Positions 52,872 through 62,815 of a stretch of 64,000 nt of DNA are shown here, piece by piece. The position numbers and the translations under genes are program-made. The DNA is taken from positions 1-64,000 of IMG/VR virus record IMGVR_UViG_3300042261_001309; one strand, written 5' to 3'. The DNA is from a virus. The number at the start of each line of letters is the position of its first letter. Within the stretch, counting starts at the first letter, position 1. The notes under the pieces were generated by a model. It was not told where the DNA came from, did not search any database, and saw only the letters and a list, made by a program, of their open reading frames with translations.

Positions 52872-55621
52872 ATCCAGGAGGCGCTATCAAAGCACCACTT
52901 AGTTTCACCGGCGAAGATTTTTTCCTTACCTTTCCAACAGGTTGTGGCAATCATTTCCATGCCCAATGTAGTCCCCGTGGGAAGCTTACAATGTTCAGTA
53001 ATGAAATACTTAACCAAACTTGGAAAATAGTTATCTCTAAATAAGTCTTTGTTTACGCACCATTGTATGTCGTCATGAACCGTATTAAGTGCGAACACTT
53101 TGGTCATCCATAATTTTTGCTTCTGCAATTCTTTTTTAATACAAATGCATATATCCCAAAACAACTGAGCTAACACACTGGCGATACACCAAGCTAAGGC
53201 GGTATTATACTGTGCAGATTTAACCCCAATATTTGCGGATGGCTCAAAATAAAATCGAGTTCCGTAAATATTATCCACATACTTATTACGATCTACACTA
53301 TCCTTAACGCTCTTTCTGAAAGCCATATATTGCTTATAGTGCTCCCAAGTCGTTAAAGCGTAAGATATGTCTTCTAATGGAATTAAGAAACCTGACTCTG
53401 AAAATATCTCAGCTTGAATAGGCACTACTGCTGATTGTAACTCAGCAGTATAAGCTACTCTAAACGTAATACCTTTTGCTGAAACATAACGAGATGTGTC
53501 GTCTTTAGTTAATTTATTGTTCTTAAAATACGTCTGCATCTTTTTAAGGTGAAAATCTCCCAATAGCATATCCGTGATATAATCCTTATCCTGTGACACA
53601 TAAGCAGCAATCATTAAATCGCTACCGGCTAAGTCAACCGAGGTATAAGCATAATTAGGATCACCTGTGTAAAAAATATTACGTATGTTAGCCGGTATTT
53701 TATCGGCAAACTGTTTTTGCTGTTCTTTCGATAATGTCGTATAACCCGGCACAAATATGTTGGGAATATGTGCCAACACTTTGGAGGCTGGATTCTGGAT
53801 GTTCGGCCTAGAGCTGCTTCTAAAGTTATCTAAACACTCGTAGAAATCTGCGTGTATTCGATTATCTTTAGTTAAGGCAGCCCAATAACTTTGCTTAATA
53901 GGTTCATCCTCTTCATCTTCTTCCGTATCTTCATAATTTGCCGTCTCGAAAGGTGTGCCACGTTGATTTAGGAATTTATTAGCGAATACACCTACCCTGT
54001 TCATATCCAATAAGATAGAAACAATTTTTAGTGCATCTGCTTGCGCTTCGGTAGGCTCGGCAGATAATTGATACTTTAATGTGCTAAGCGACTTATTATT
54101 AGATGAAGGCGCGTAATTCATCGCTGAAGGCTTTTTAGGCTTCTTCATATTTTCGAAATACGCTTTAGACTTAATCTTGCCACCCTTAGTGTAATAAGGC
54201 GGAGTAAGCTTTAACTTATCATATAGCAATGCCCGCTTATCTAACGCTGACGCTGGATTAAAGGATTCCAGGTATTTTGGTACAACCAAGGCTTCCAGCT
54301 GTTGATGCAACTCGGCGTATTTACCTTGATATTTTTCAGTGAGATCCTTAAGCAACGGCATATCAATTGGCACTCCCGTATTCTCAAGGTCTATGAAGTA
54401 ATTGCTAAGAGGTAAAAACGTATCCTTATAAAATGATTGCACTTTAATTGGTAAACGTTTCATCTTCTCCCGCATCGTCACACAGGCCGCATAATGTGCC
54501 ACAGCATCACCAGCGCAGTATTCATAAAATACTTCCGGTTCCTTATACTTGAGCATACATAAATCGCACTTGGCAATTTTATGCTCAGCTAGCTTTAAAT
54601 AGAACGGAACGTAATACGGCCGATAATCTGTGAACAACCTAATACCTGTTTCCAGCCCTTTACTATACCTCGAATCAATAAACCCCATGGCTTTCATACC
54701 GTCAAAAGCCAAGGTATGTTCAGGTAGATTAAAGCCACGTCGAATAAGCCGTTTATCGTCGACTTTGATATTCCAGCCCATTCGTTGAGCGTTTGGATGC
54801 TCAAACAACGGCTTTAATGTATTTAATAATTCTAGGTTTTCAACATTACCGTTACCCACCAAGTCTAAAACAACGGCGTGATGTGGCTCACAACAATACT
54901 GCATTGTACAAAGAATTTCAGTATCATCGTAAAGCCTTCCATCAGTAAACCATTCCCCATCGTAACCGACAGTCAACAAGCCACGAGCAATATAAGAATC
55001 TACAAGCTCTTTGCTTCTGGCTGGATCAGTTACGACTTCCCATGTGTAATCTGTGTAATGTAGCTCATCTCGAATGTATCGCTTAGCTATCTCAAATATA
55101 TCTCTAAACAATGGCCGAACCGAAGGATCCTGATTAACCAGCATCCCAATGGAATAATTAGGTATTATTTTACCGTAAGGGCTATCAATAACCTCGCCTA
55201 AGTAATCCCCCATCTTGGCGTTCTTTTTTATTACCCGTTTAAACGCTTCAGATCCCAACGGCATTATCAGCTTAGGTTTTACCATTTCCACCTCAAAGTC
55301 GAAAAGTGGTGCACACTCTTCAATCATTTCTTTAGATGGTTTTGGTGATCGCCCAATACTATATTTAACCATCGAAGTGACAATCACATCATTTCTGGTT
55401 AATCCTGCTGACGCTAAGGCATTATCAAATTCATCAGCATAATCACCTTCTTCCAACAATTTGCCATTTTCCAAGTCTTCGTGACCGGGGTGCGATAGCA
55501 CAATCATTAATGGCGCCGATATATTTTTCCAACAACCCATCCAGCTACGCCCATTAACGTGCTTGGTGGTGAATAAGTCATCTACAGTACTAAGTATTAA
55601 CGGTAAGTCCATTTGCTGCAA
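52862..55621 (-). CDS. polA: Family A DNA polymerase with N-terminal UDG-like and 3'-5' exonuclease domains
   Basis: UDG4-like N-terminus; exonuclease YDGE, NIKVD, YCAGD; RSSSRPNIQN; motif A VDLAGSDL, motif B AKGITFRVAY, motif C VHDD. Confidence 0.9.
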   Translation of the reverse strand: MQQMDLPLILSTVDDLFTTKHVNGRSWMGCWKNISAPLMIVLSHPGHEDLENGKLLEEGDYADEFDNALASAGLTRNDVIVTSMVKYSIGRSPKPSKEMIEECAPLFDFEVEMVKPKLIMPLGSEAFKRVIKKNAKMGDYLGEVIDSPYGKIIPNYSIGMLVNQDPSVRPLFRDIFEIAKRYIRDELHYTDYTWEVVTDPARSKELVDSYIARGLLTVGYDGEWFTDGRLYDDTEILCTMQYCCEPHHAVVLDLVGNGNVENLELLNTLKPLFEHPNAQRMGWNIKVDDKRLIRRGFNLPEHTLAFDGMKAMGFIDSRYSKGLETGIRLFTDYRPYYVPFYLKLAEHKIAKCDLCMLKYKEPEVFYEYCAGDAVAHYAACVTMREKMKRLPIKVQSFYKDTFLPLSNYFIDLENTGVPIDMPLLKDLTEKYQGKYAELHQQLEALVVPKYLESFNPASALDKRALLYDKLKLTPPYYTKGGKIKSKAYFENMKKPKKPSAMNYAPSSNNKSLSTLKYQLSAEPTEAQADALKIVSILLDMNRVGVFANKFLNQRGTPFETANYEDTEEDEEDEPIKQSYWAALTKDNRIHADFYECLDNFRSSSRPNIQNPASKVLAHIPNIFVPGYTTLSKEQQKQFADKIPANIRNIFYTGDPNYAYTSVDLAGSDLMIAAYVSQDKDYITDMLLGDFHLKKMQTYFKNNKLTKDDTSRYVSAKGITFRVAYTAELQSAVVPIQAEIFSESGFLIPLEDISYALTTWEHYKQYMAFRKSVKDSVDRNKYVDNIYGTRFYFEPSANIGVKSAQYNTALAWCIASVLAQLFWDICICIKKELQKQKLWMTKVFALNTVHDDIQWCVNKDLFRDNYFPSLVKYFITEHCKLPTGTTLGMEMIATTCWKGKEKIFAGETKWCFDSASWIWK

Positions 55622-57140
55622 ACCTTTCAGTTACACCGTCAATCATAGCACTGACTGTTACCGGTGGTTTATATTGTGGAGGACCTGCAAGCTGATCTAC
55701 TTTTTTAGAAACAGCCAACACTCTACTAACATCAGCTGTATGTGGTTGCACAATAGTTGTTTCTTCCTTTGGCCTTCTCGCCTCTGATATAGGAGAAGTC
55801 ATTGTGTTATCCTGCGTAGCCCCGCCTAGCTGATCCGGTGGTTCGCTGATCGTCATGAATTCCAATTCAGCTTGAAACCTTAATTCGAAGTTTTTTGCAT
55901 GGCGACATTTTAACGAGAATATAACGCATTCGTCAGCTGTCAGTTTTTCCCTACCCAAACAAAAAACATTATCTGCTTTTTGAATAATCCCCTTATAGCC
56001 TTGTAAGTCCGACGCATTATATCTCGCTTTAGGACTGCCTTTTGCCTGATGCAATACCCATAACCCAAACCGCTTATCAGCCACCGTTTTATGCGACAAC
56101 TGATCCAGTTCTTCTGAAGTTATTCTATCCTTATCCCAAGCTGCATCTTTTGCATTGGCAATATTAGGTTGAACAAACTGAAACTGATCAACGATTACCA
56201 AGTCAGGTAAAAAACCATCTTTTTCATGGTGATCCACCAGCCGGGTATACAATTGATCACAGGTTAACATACCAATGCCAACCAAGCTATCTACGGCTAA
56301 GTTTTGTTTTAATGCTGAACTAGCTACTGGATCGAGGGTGTCCCACCTTTCAGTAAGTTCCATATTGGCGTTACCATTATGCAATAACGTATATTGAATT
56401 CGATATGCTCGCGCATAAAACCGATTTACGACATTGTGTACAGTATCCTCCATGGAAAAGTAAGTAACCTTCTTTCCAAGCAATACGGCGTTATAAGCCA
56501 AGTTCACAGCCAAAGCTGTTTTACCTGCACCAGAATGCCCGATTAATAAACCGTATTCTCCATAGCCTAAACCACCGCCTAAAATAGTATCCAGTGACGG
56601 ATAGCCTGTAGGCACCATAGTGTAAATAGGCTTTTCCAATAAACTGCGAAATGGATATACCCGTTCCGCAGGCTGAGACCAATCGTCTTTATTAACCTCG
56701 TTATTTACCTTTGAGACTTCAACAGCGAGCTGGTCTAGATCGTTTTCATACTTGTGCTTAACCCGCTGATGCCGTCGATGTTTTATAAACGGCTTAAACT
56801 CAGCCAAGAAAAACACCAAGTTTAACTCATCGAGTTTTGTATACAGCTCAACCACTAACGGTATGAGTTGTTCGATCAGTTGAATAAACGCTGGGCTATC
56901 GTCCATCTCCAAACGCAGATACTCGATCAATAAATTCTGCTGAATTGGAACAGAGCCTATTTTAAGTATGGTGTCTACCAACACCTTATACTTACGTAGA
57001 CCAAATACGTCATCCGTAATGAAGTCATCGCCGGTGACAGTTAAGTCACGCGCTCGTTTGAGCATTTCTGGACAATGAAGCAGATGTTTGATTAATCCAT
57101 CAATAAAAGCTGAACTGTCATAAATAGTGGCCATGCTCAA
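55590..57140 (-). CDS. dnaB: DnaB-like replicative helicase
   Basis: PTGY..LD..LGGGL..GE, GHSGAGKT, FSME, IVD, HQ, KCRH. Confidence 0.85.
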   Translation of the reverse strand: MSMATIYDSSAFIDGLIKHLLHCPEMLKRARDLTVTGDDFITDDVFGLRKYKVLVDTILKIGSVPIQQNLLIEYLRLEMDDSPAFIQLIEQLIPLVVELYTKLDELNLVFFLAEFKPFIKHRRHQRVKHKYENDLDQLAVEVSKVNNEVNKDDWSQPAERVYPFRSLLEKPIYTMVPTGYPSLDTILGGGLGYGEYGLLIGHSGAGKTALAVNLAYNAVLLGKKVTYFSMEDTVHNVVNRFYARAYRIQYTLLHNGNANMELTERWDTLDPVASSALKQNLAVDSLVGIGMLTCDQLYTRLVDHHEKDGFLPDLVIVDQFQFVQPNIANAKDAAWDKDRITSEELDQLSHKTVADKRFGLWVLHQAKGSPKARYNASDLQGYKGIIQKADNVFCLGREKLTADECVIFSLKCRHAKNFELRFQAELEFMTISEPPDQLGGATQDNTMTSPISEARRPKEETTIVQPHTADVSRVLAVSKKVDQLAGPPQYKPPVTVSAMIDGVTERFAANGLTVNT

Positions 57141-57721
57141 TGCGTTACGCGGGCTATATCAAACTGCTTTGCTTTAAAAAATGCAACAAATTTCGCAACT
57201 TGCATATAATCAGCCGCCGACTCTCCGTATTTTTCTATAACTGCCGGAATTGGATTATCGGATACAAATATCCGAAACCAGGGTTTGAAGTTATAGTGAT
57301 CATCGAGCAATACTTCCTCTACATTTCGACCTGTGTCCAAGACACACTGTAGATAGCTAATTTGAACTTTGTATTGCATCTCGAGATCGTTAAATTTACC
57401 GGCATTCCATTTTTCCAACCAAAAAGAGTACGCAGAAGCGGCAAGTGTGTTGGCAAAAAACTCAGGGGTGGTCCTATAAAGCCAACACATTTCCACGTAA
57501 TCTTCCGGAGCCATCTCCAGCTTAAGGCATCTTTCAGCCGCCAATTGAAAGAAATGCTCGTCAACTGCTCTTACTTTCGCAAAGGGCACCGTTTTCCTGC
57601 GCCGTCTAATATAAGCTTTTTTTAACCTGTCTACCACCTCCTCTTTTTCTGTTTGACCTTTCATACTGTCCTTTCGATAGTCTAATGCAGTAACGTAAAA
57701 CCAACCGCAAACGTGAAGCAA
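57137..57721 (-). CDS. Hypothetical protein (possible helicase partner)
   Basis: Coupled to dnaB; start uncertain. Confidence 0.6.
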   Translation of the reverse strand: MLHVCGWFYVTALDYRKDSMKGQTEKEEVVDRLKKAYIRRRRKTVPFAKVRAVDEHFFQLAAERCLKLEMAPEDYVEMCWLYRTTPEFFANTLAASAYSFWLEKWNAGKFNDLEMQYKVQISYLQCVLDTGRNVEEVLLDDHYNFKPWFRIFVSDNPIPAVIEKYGESAADYMQVAKFVAFFKAKQFDIARVTH

Positions 57722-57824
57722 CCAACAGGTAATTGTACGTACGCAAATAAAACAGGTAGGCTTGTGCTTAAATACGCCAATTCAGATAAATCTTCAAATG
57801 CGTATCTAGATGTGAGCATAGCTG

Positions 57825-58379
57825 TTAAAACCTATAATATTTAACTCCGGCTATTTCAGCTTGAGTTAATTGTACGATTTGTTGTGTTTGCGGTTCATAG
57901 AATATAATCTTATAGCCTGTTTGGTCGTCCCACACCATGGCCACGTTAATTGCATGTACACCTCCTCTGGCTAGCGAAGCATACCAAATCTCACCTACCG
58001 CTAAGGCGGTTTTTTTATTTTTCTGTGGCGTATTGTGATGCAATATTTGCGCAAAAGCGAAAGCCAAGGTACTGAAGTTATCGCAGTCGTTTTCCGTTGC
58101 TACGTAAGTGGCGGATTTAAACGACGTTAAAAACCGATATAGTGATTCCGAATATTCATTAGCCAACCAATGCTCACTAGGCAAAGCGTATACGTCGTCA
58201 GCAAAAAATGAATTAGGTGTAGTAACACCTAAGCTTTCCAACATTGCGGCTATTTCTACCGCTTCAACCGTGTGCTTAATAGTAGGACTAGGCGCGTTTT
58301 TACTGCAACTAGTAACTAACCAGGCATGTGCCACTATCACAGCCAAATATACGGGCAACCATTTAATCCATTTTTTCAT
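57825..58379 (-). CDS. Secreted/lipoprotein papain- or transglutaminase-like cysteine protease
   Basis: Signal peptide ending VTSC; DCDNF, HAIN and EPQ catalytic-type motifs. Confidence 0.65.
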   Translation of the reverse strand: MKKWIKWLPVYLAVIVAHAWLVTSCSKNAPSPTIKHTVEAVEIAAMLESLGVTTPNSFFADDVYALPSEHWLANEYSESLYRFLTSFKSATYVATENDCDNFSTLAFAFAQILHHNTPQKNKKTALAVGEIWYASLARGGVHAINVAMVWDDQTGYKIIFYEPQTQQIVQLTQAEIAGVKYYRF

Positions 58380-58483
58380 GTTAATTTTGAGAATAGGTTA
58401 CAGCGGGTAAATTTACTGGAGTGCTTTTATTTGTGGAAGCACAACCAGTAAGGCCTAATAGCAATAATCCGAATAATAATGTT

Positions 58484-59401
58484 TTAATCATATTTTAATG
58501 CCCATTCTTTTGAAATAATCTCCACCAGTTGTTCCGTAGTGGCTTCGTCTGGGGAGGGAAGGTTATACTTACGAAGATCCACATTAACACAGTTTCGATC
58601 GTTATGGCTAATCATTTTCGCCATGTACGCCGCTTCATCTTGTGTAGCGTCTTCAGCATCAAGCATTATCGCGATATTTTTCCATTCCTGTACAAGTTGA
58701 ATTTGAATGTCTGATAAGCCTTTTCCGAAGGTCGCTACCGCGTTATCCAATTTAAGCGCTTTCTTAACTCCTTCCACAACAACCACTAAATCGAATTTTT
58801 TAGCTTTGTCGTAGTTGTATAAACAGGCGCCCTTATTGAACAGATGATAATACTTTAAACAATCTGCGCGATCTCCGTAAACAGTGCCTGGCAAAGACCG
58901 CATTTGCCAACCAATGAACTCGCCTTTATAAATTACTGGGAATACTAAACGTTCTGCCGAAGAAACAAAAGGATCAGCTCTACGTAAAACTAATCCACCA
59001 TCACCGGGGCAGAACAGCATATGATAGTCGTTGTAATATTTATCCAAATCGAATAAATGATCTTTATGTAGAAACTTCACCGCTGGGTGATTAGTGGGTA
59101 ATTGGTTTATTGGAATAAATTTAGTACCCGGTAATTGCCTGGCTAATGGATTTTCTTTCTTTTCTTCTTTAATTAATGTATCCGTTTTGGTCGGTATCAG
59201 TAGTTCACCAAACAATGCCGCACTATCCAGCGGAGTTTCACAGATCCAACAATTAGAATAGTAAGTTGTTAGATTCATGAAACGTTTGCGTTTCTTACGG
59301 TTTTTTACAGTACAGCTAGGACAGTTGAAATAGACAAAGTTACCGTAAACCTTCGCCTTGCCGTACCTAGACTCGATTTTTTTAACTATGTCTTGTGTCA
59401 T
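58484..59401 (-). CDS. dnaG: DNA primase (Zn finger plus Toprim)
   Basis: CPSC...CWIC, RLVFP..GWQMR, KY, LYNYD, VVVEG, AVATFG, LD; ATG at 59401 preferred. Confidence 0.85.
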   Translation of the reverse strand: MTQDIVKKIESRYGKAKVYGNFVYFNCPSCTVKNRKKRKRFMNLTTYYSNCWICETPLDSAALFGELLIPTKTDTLIKEEKKENPLARQLPGTKFIPINQLPTNHPAVKFLHKDHLFDLDKYYNDYHMLFCPGDGGLVLRRADPFVSSAERLVFPVIYKGEFIGWQMRSLPGTVYGDRADCLKYYHLFNKGACLYNYDKAKKFDLVVVVEGVKKALKLDNAVATFGKGLSDIQIQLVQEWKNIAIMLDAEDATQDEAAYMAKMISHNDRNCVNVDLRKYNLPSPDEATTEQLVEIISKEWALKYD

Positions 59402-59408
59402 TTTAATA

Positions 59409-59738
59409 TTATTCGCTACGAGTTGCCTCAATAGCGGCCGCAAGCTCCACTTCGAGCTGCGTTTTTTCATCTCGAAGCTTTGATACCTTTTCTTCTAATT
59501 CTTTAATTTCATCTTTGCACCCTGATAGGTCGCCCCGCAATAAGTCGATTTCCCATCGGGCATCCTCCAATCGTCTTTCAGTGTTTCGCAGTTGGTCTTG
59601 TACATCCTCTAACTCCGCCGCCTCTATCGCTGTATCTATTAAAGAGGAAGTGTCTATCAACTCTAAACCTAGACCTAACGGTTGCAACTGCTGCTCTAAA
59701 GCTTGCAAAGATCTTAATTCACTTAACGTGTAAGCCAT
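59409..59738 (-). CDS. Coiled-coil hypothetical protein
   Basis: Heptad pattern. Confidence 0.6.
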   Translation of the reverse strand: MAYTLSELRSLQALEQQLQPLGLGLELIDTSSLIDTAIEAAELEDVQDQLRNTERRLEDARWEIDLLRGDLSGCKDEIKELEEKVSKLRDEKTQLEVELAAAIEATRSE

Positions 59739-59739
59739 A

Positions 59740-59973
59740 TTAGCTCTCCGATAAGCGATAGTTTAACTCAGTTATCTGCCCAGTGGCATCTTCCCGAGCT
59801 GATTCCAAAAACGCCACTTTTTGCTCTAGGTCGGCCATTTCATCCATAGCGGATATGAGCTGGTCTACTAATAAGATAACCACAGACGTGCCTATAGGTG
59901 CGCGAGTAAATTCGTCTTTTTCAAGTACTCGCCGCATTGCTTTTAATTCGTCGTATGTTTTATTTAAGATCAT
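59740..59973 (-). CDS. Hypothetical protein
   Basis: 77 aa, coupled. Confidence 0.55.
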   Translation of the reverse strand: MILNKTYDELKAMRRVLEKDEFTRAPIGTSVVILLVDQLISAMDEMADLEQKVAFLESAREDATGQITELNYRLSES

Positions 59974-60556
59974 AGCATCCTTGTAAGTCCTTACTCCATT
60001 GTTGAGCCATTGCTTCGGCTATACCGGTATAGGTTAAACTTCGTATCTTCCATCTATTTGGGCCGGGTGGCAAGTAATGAATACGCATACGCTCTAGCTT
60101 ATTATCCGGCAACGTAACAATATTGGTTGGTTTTAATTTAGGTAAGTTCTTCAACCACAAACAAGTAGCCTTGGTTTCTGGATGGCCAAATTGCCAAGGT
60201 TGAATAATTTGTTCCGGTTTACGTATTTCCCTGCTTAATATACCTATAGGATTCTCAATAGCTATTCTTGGAATTGGGGCAGCCATTAACAATTTAACAA
60301 ACGCAATAGCCTGCTGCTGCTCTGTTTGTTTATACTTAAACCATCGGGCACCCGAAGATGCCAAATGCGTACACGGCGGATGAGCAATCATTAAATCCCA
60401 TCCACGATCCAGAATATCTCGTATATCGCACTGGTAATGATTTCCAGGCGCTTCAGTATCGAGCAAATCACAAGACCAAGCTTCAATACCTAATTTAGTA
60501 AACGCATCTCTTACTCGGCCACTGAATTCGCAACCGATTAATACTTTAACTGACAT
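59960..60556 (-). CDS. Short phage C5-cytosine DNA methyltransferase-like protein
   Basis: VLIGCEFSG, SCD, AHPPC (catalytic PC), IENP, K.T.LWL. Confidence 0.75.
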   Translation of the reverse strand: MSVKVLIGCEFSGRVRDAFTKLGIEAWSCDLLDTEAPGNHYQCDIRDILDRGWDLMIAHPPCTHLASSGARWFKYKQTEQQQAIAFVKLLMAAPIPRIAIENPIGILSREIRKPEQIIQPWQFGHPETKATCLWLKNLPKLKPTNIVTLPDNKLERMRIHYLPPGPNRWKIRSLTYTGIAEAMAQQWSKDLQGCYDLK

Positions 60557-60570
60557 TAAATACTACTCCT

Positions 60571-62055
60571 TTACTTAGGGCACTCCGTCCAATTAATGGA
60601 TTTAATATCTTTTACGATTTGTACGTGCCAACCTTGTTCCCTGTATGCTGCCATTCGCTTATAACTCATACCTTCCAAAGCTTGATCATGCGAATCAAGA
60701 AAATCAATTAATACAAAATGCGTTTTCTCTGATACGCCCATTTCAGTTCTTACGGCTTCCGGCAATGTACGAGAGCAGCGATAGGCTTCTTGCAGTACTT
60801 CTACTTCTGAACTACCGCCAGCCGCTTGCACAATAACCCTAGCATTAAGTATGTTTACACCTGCCCGGCCGCAGTCACTCATTATTAAATGCTGAAAGCC
60901 GTTTCCTTTAAACTCTTCAATAACCTGCTTCTGTTGTTTACCTGTTAAAGCAAAGCCTTTATAATCTGCTTTGCTCGAACCTCTATGGAAGAATTTCGTA
61001 CCTACTGGCATTTCAGCATATAGCTTAGGTAAATGATCAGCAATATGATCGAGAAATACAATTGTTTGATAATCCCTAGGAATTGTACGGCATATTTCAC
61101 CGATTAACCAATTACGATATTTGCAGTTTTTTATGCCTTGGCTAATTTTACCTTCGATAGTCGAAGCGGTAACCAATAACTGGTCGCTAGGCATTTGAAC
61201 GAAATATACCGCGCCTGGTAATACCGCGCCTAATTCTTCAGCTTCCCGATAAGGCATGGTAACAATTACTTCACCAAACATGCCTTTGAGGAGTTTCTCG
61301 GCCTGATTAAACAAGTTCTTAATCGTAGCCGAAAAACCAAAAGCGCGAATCGGAAAAATGGAACAAAATATCTTACTAGTTTGATCACCAGTGGAAGATT
61401 GAATTTCATCCGCCAACAACAACTGGCATTTTTCAATGGCACAACTACGAATGGATTTATACGTAGTTATGGTTATATCGTTGGAGATATCGTGTATACC
61501 ATCACCAACTCGGCCAATATGTTTGTGCGGAAATAAACCTTTAAACTTGGTATATAGCTCGTTATACACCTCTTTTAACGGTACGGCCAAAATAGTATTT
61601 AACTGCTGATATGCCCCGTATAAGCAAGCAGCGTAAACTGACTTTCCAGTAGCACCGGTGGTGTTTATTATGCCGTTTTCCAACTGTGCCTTGTTGACCA
61701 TCTCTAAAACCGTATCAACTTGATAATCACGCAAACCTGTGGATCCAATGGCTTCCCAATTCATGTTTTTAATGTTTTCCCAATTAGGCGCCGGCATTGG
61801 TGTGCGATGGTCGTGTATAATCTTCAGATCGTTATGCTTGTCAATCAGCTTACATATCTTTGGAAAAAAGCCAGCTAGAGTGATAATTCCGCCGTCTTCG
61901 TCTTGGTCGTATAGTAACCTTTTTTGAAAATCATTAACTCGTTGATAATTCTGCATTGCAAAACCTCGACGAGAATACTGAAGGTAATCCAATAAATAGA
62001 GCGGAGCAGGATTTATTTTTACTGCTCCGTCTACGCGAATAAGTTCAATTTCCAT
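60571..62055 (-). CDS. Superfamily 2 helicase (UvsW-like)
   Basis: LRDYQ, TGATGKS, DEIQ, GFSAT, GVNI, Q..YR..R. Confidence 0.85.
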   Translation of the reverse strand: MEIELIRVDGAVKINPAPLYLLDYLQYSRRGFAMQNYQRVNDFQKRLLYDQDEDGGIITLAGFFPKICKLIDKHNDLKIIHDHRTPMPAPNWENIKNMNWEAIGSTGLRDYQVDTVLEMVNKAQLENGIINTTGATGKSVYAACLYGAYQQLNTILAVPLKEVYNELYTKFKGLFPHKHIGRVGDGIHDISNDITITTYKSIRSCAIEKCQLLLADEIQSSTGDQTSKIFCSIFPIRAFGFSATIKNLFNQAEKLLKGMFGEVIVTMPYREAEELGAVLPGAVYFVQMPSDQLLVTASTIEGKISQGIKNCKYRNWLIGEICRTIPRDYQTIVFLDHIADHLPKLYAEMPVGTKFFHRGSSKADYKGFALTGKQQKQVIEEFKGNGFQHLIMSDCGRAGVNILNARVIVQAAGGSSEVEVLQEAYRCSRTLPEAVRTEMGVSEKTHFVLIDFLDSHDQALEGMSYKRMAAYREQGWHVQIVKDIKSINWTECPK

Positions 62056-62091
62056 TTTTTAAAGTCCGGAAATTCTGCCTAGCTGGAATAG

Positions 62092-62529
62092 CTAAAGTGC
62101 GGCTTTATCTGTCTTAGTAAACATTTCCGTCCAAACAGCATCCAGCACCGCCATGTGCTTTTTACAATTTTCAATTGTTTCTTTATGCTTGGCTATTTTA
62201 GCCGCTACCTCTACTAGATCTTTTTCATATAGCTTAAGCATTATATCTTTTTTAATTTTATCTAAGTCTAACGCCCTTGGTAATTTTAGTATTTCTAAGT
62301 TTAATTTATTTAAATACTTTGTACGGTATTCCAACAACTTTGTTTCGGATTTAATAGTTAAGGTTGATTCGTCATATTCATATTGAATCCGTTCCTTTAC
62401 TTTTAAATCATTATAGTATTTCTTAAATTCACCCTTTTTAAAATCAATCAAATTTCGTAAATCGTTTGTTTGTCCAATTACATCATTACAAAAAACTAAC
62501 GCTAAAATCATAAAAAATACGTTTTTCAC
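62092..62529 (-). CDS. Exported/helical hypothetical protein
   Basis: N-terminal signal-like segment. Confidence 0.55.
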   Translation of the reverse strand: MKNVFFMILALVFCNDVIGQTNDLRNLIDFKKGEFKKYYNDLKVKERIQYEYDESTLTIKSETKLLEYRTKYLNKLNLEILKLPRALDLDKIKKDIMLKLYEKDLVEVAAKIAKHKETIENCKKHMAVLDAVWTEMFTKTDKAAL

Positions 62530-62575
62530 ACGATCTCAGTTCACGTATCCATAAAAAGTTGTACTTTAATAAGTA

Positions 62576-62609
62576 AGCTGAGGCAGAGGTTATTTTCACT
62601 GCCTCAGCT
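62576..62609. terminator. Stem-loop, possible terminator
   Basis: AGCTGAGGCAG...CTGCCTCAGCT. Confidence 0.4.
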
Positions 62610-62629
62610 CTCCAATCAGGTTATTTCTA

Positions 62630-62815
62630 TTACTTGTCTTTAGTAGATACGTCCACCACGACGGCATTGGCATAACCTCCAGATTTAGAACCCCGTGATC
62701 GTGGTGTAGTTAGAGCCGTAAAAAACTCCTTGGCCTTATCCCTGAGTGACGTATCAAAAATGAGTTGAGACGTAACTCCCCCTAAACAAAATGTTAATAA
62801 ATAGGCAAATGTCAT
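62630..62815 (-). CDS. Small hypothetical protein with hydrophobic N-terminus
   Basis: ATGA-coupled to sbcC. Confidence 0.5.
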   Translation of the reverse strand: MTFAYLLTFCLGGVTSQLIFDTSLRDKAKEFFTALTTPRSRGSKSGGYANAVVVDVSTKDK

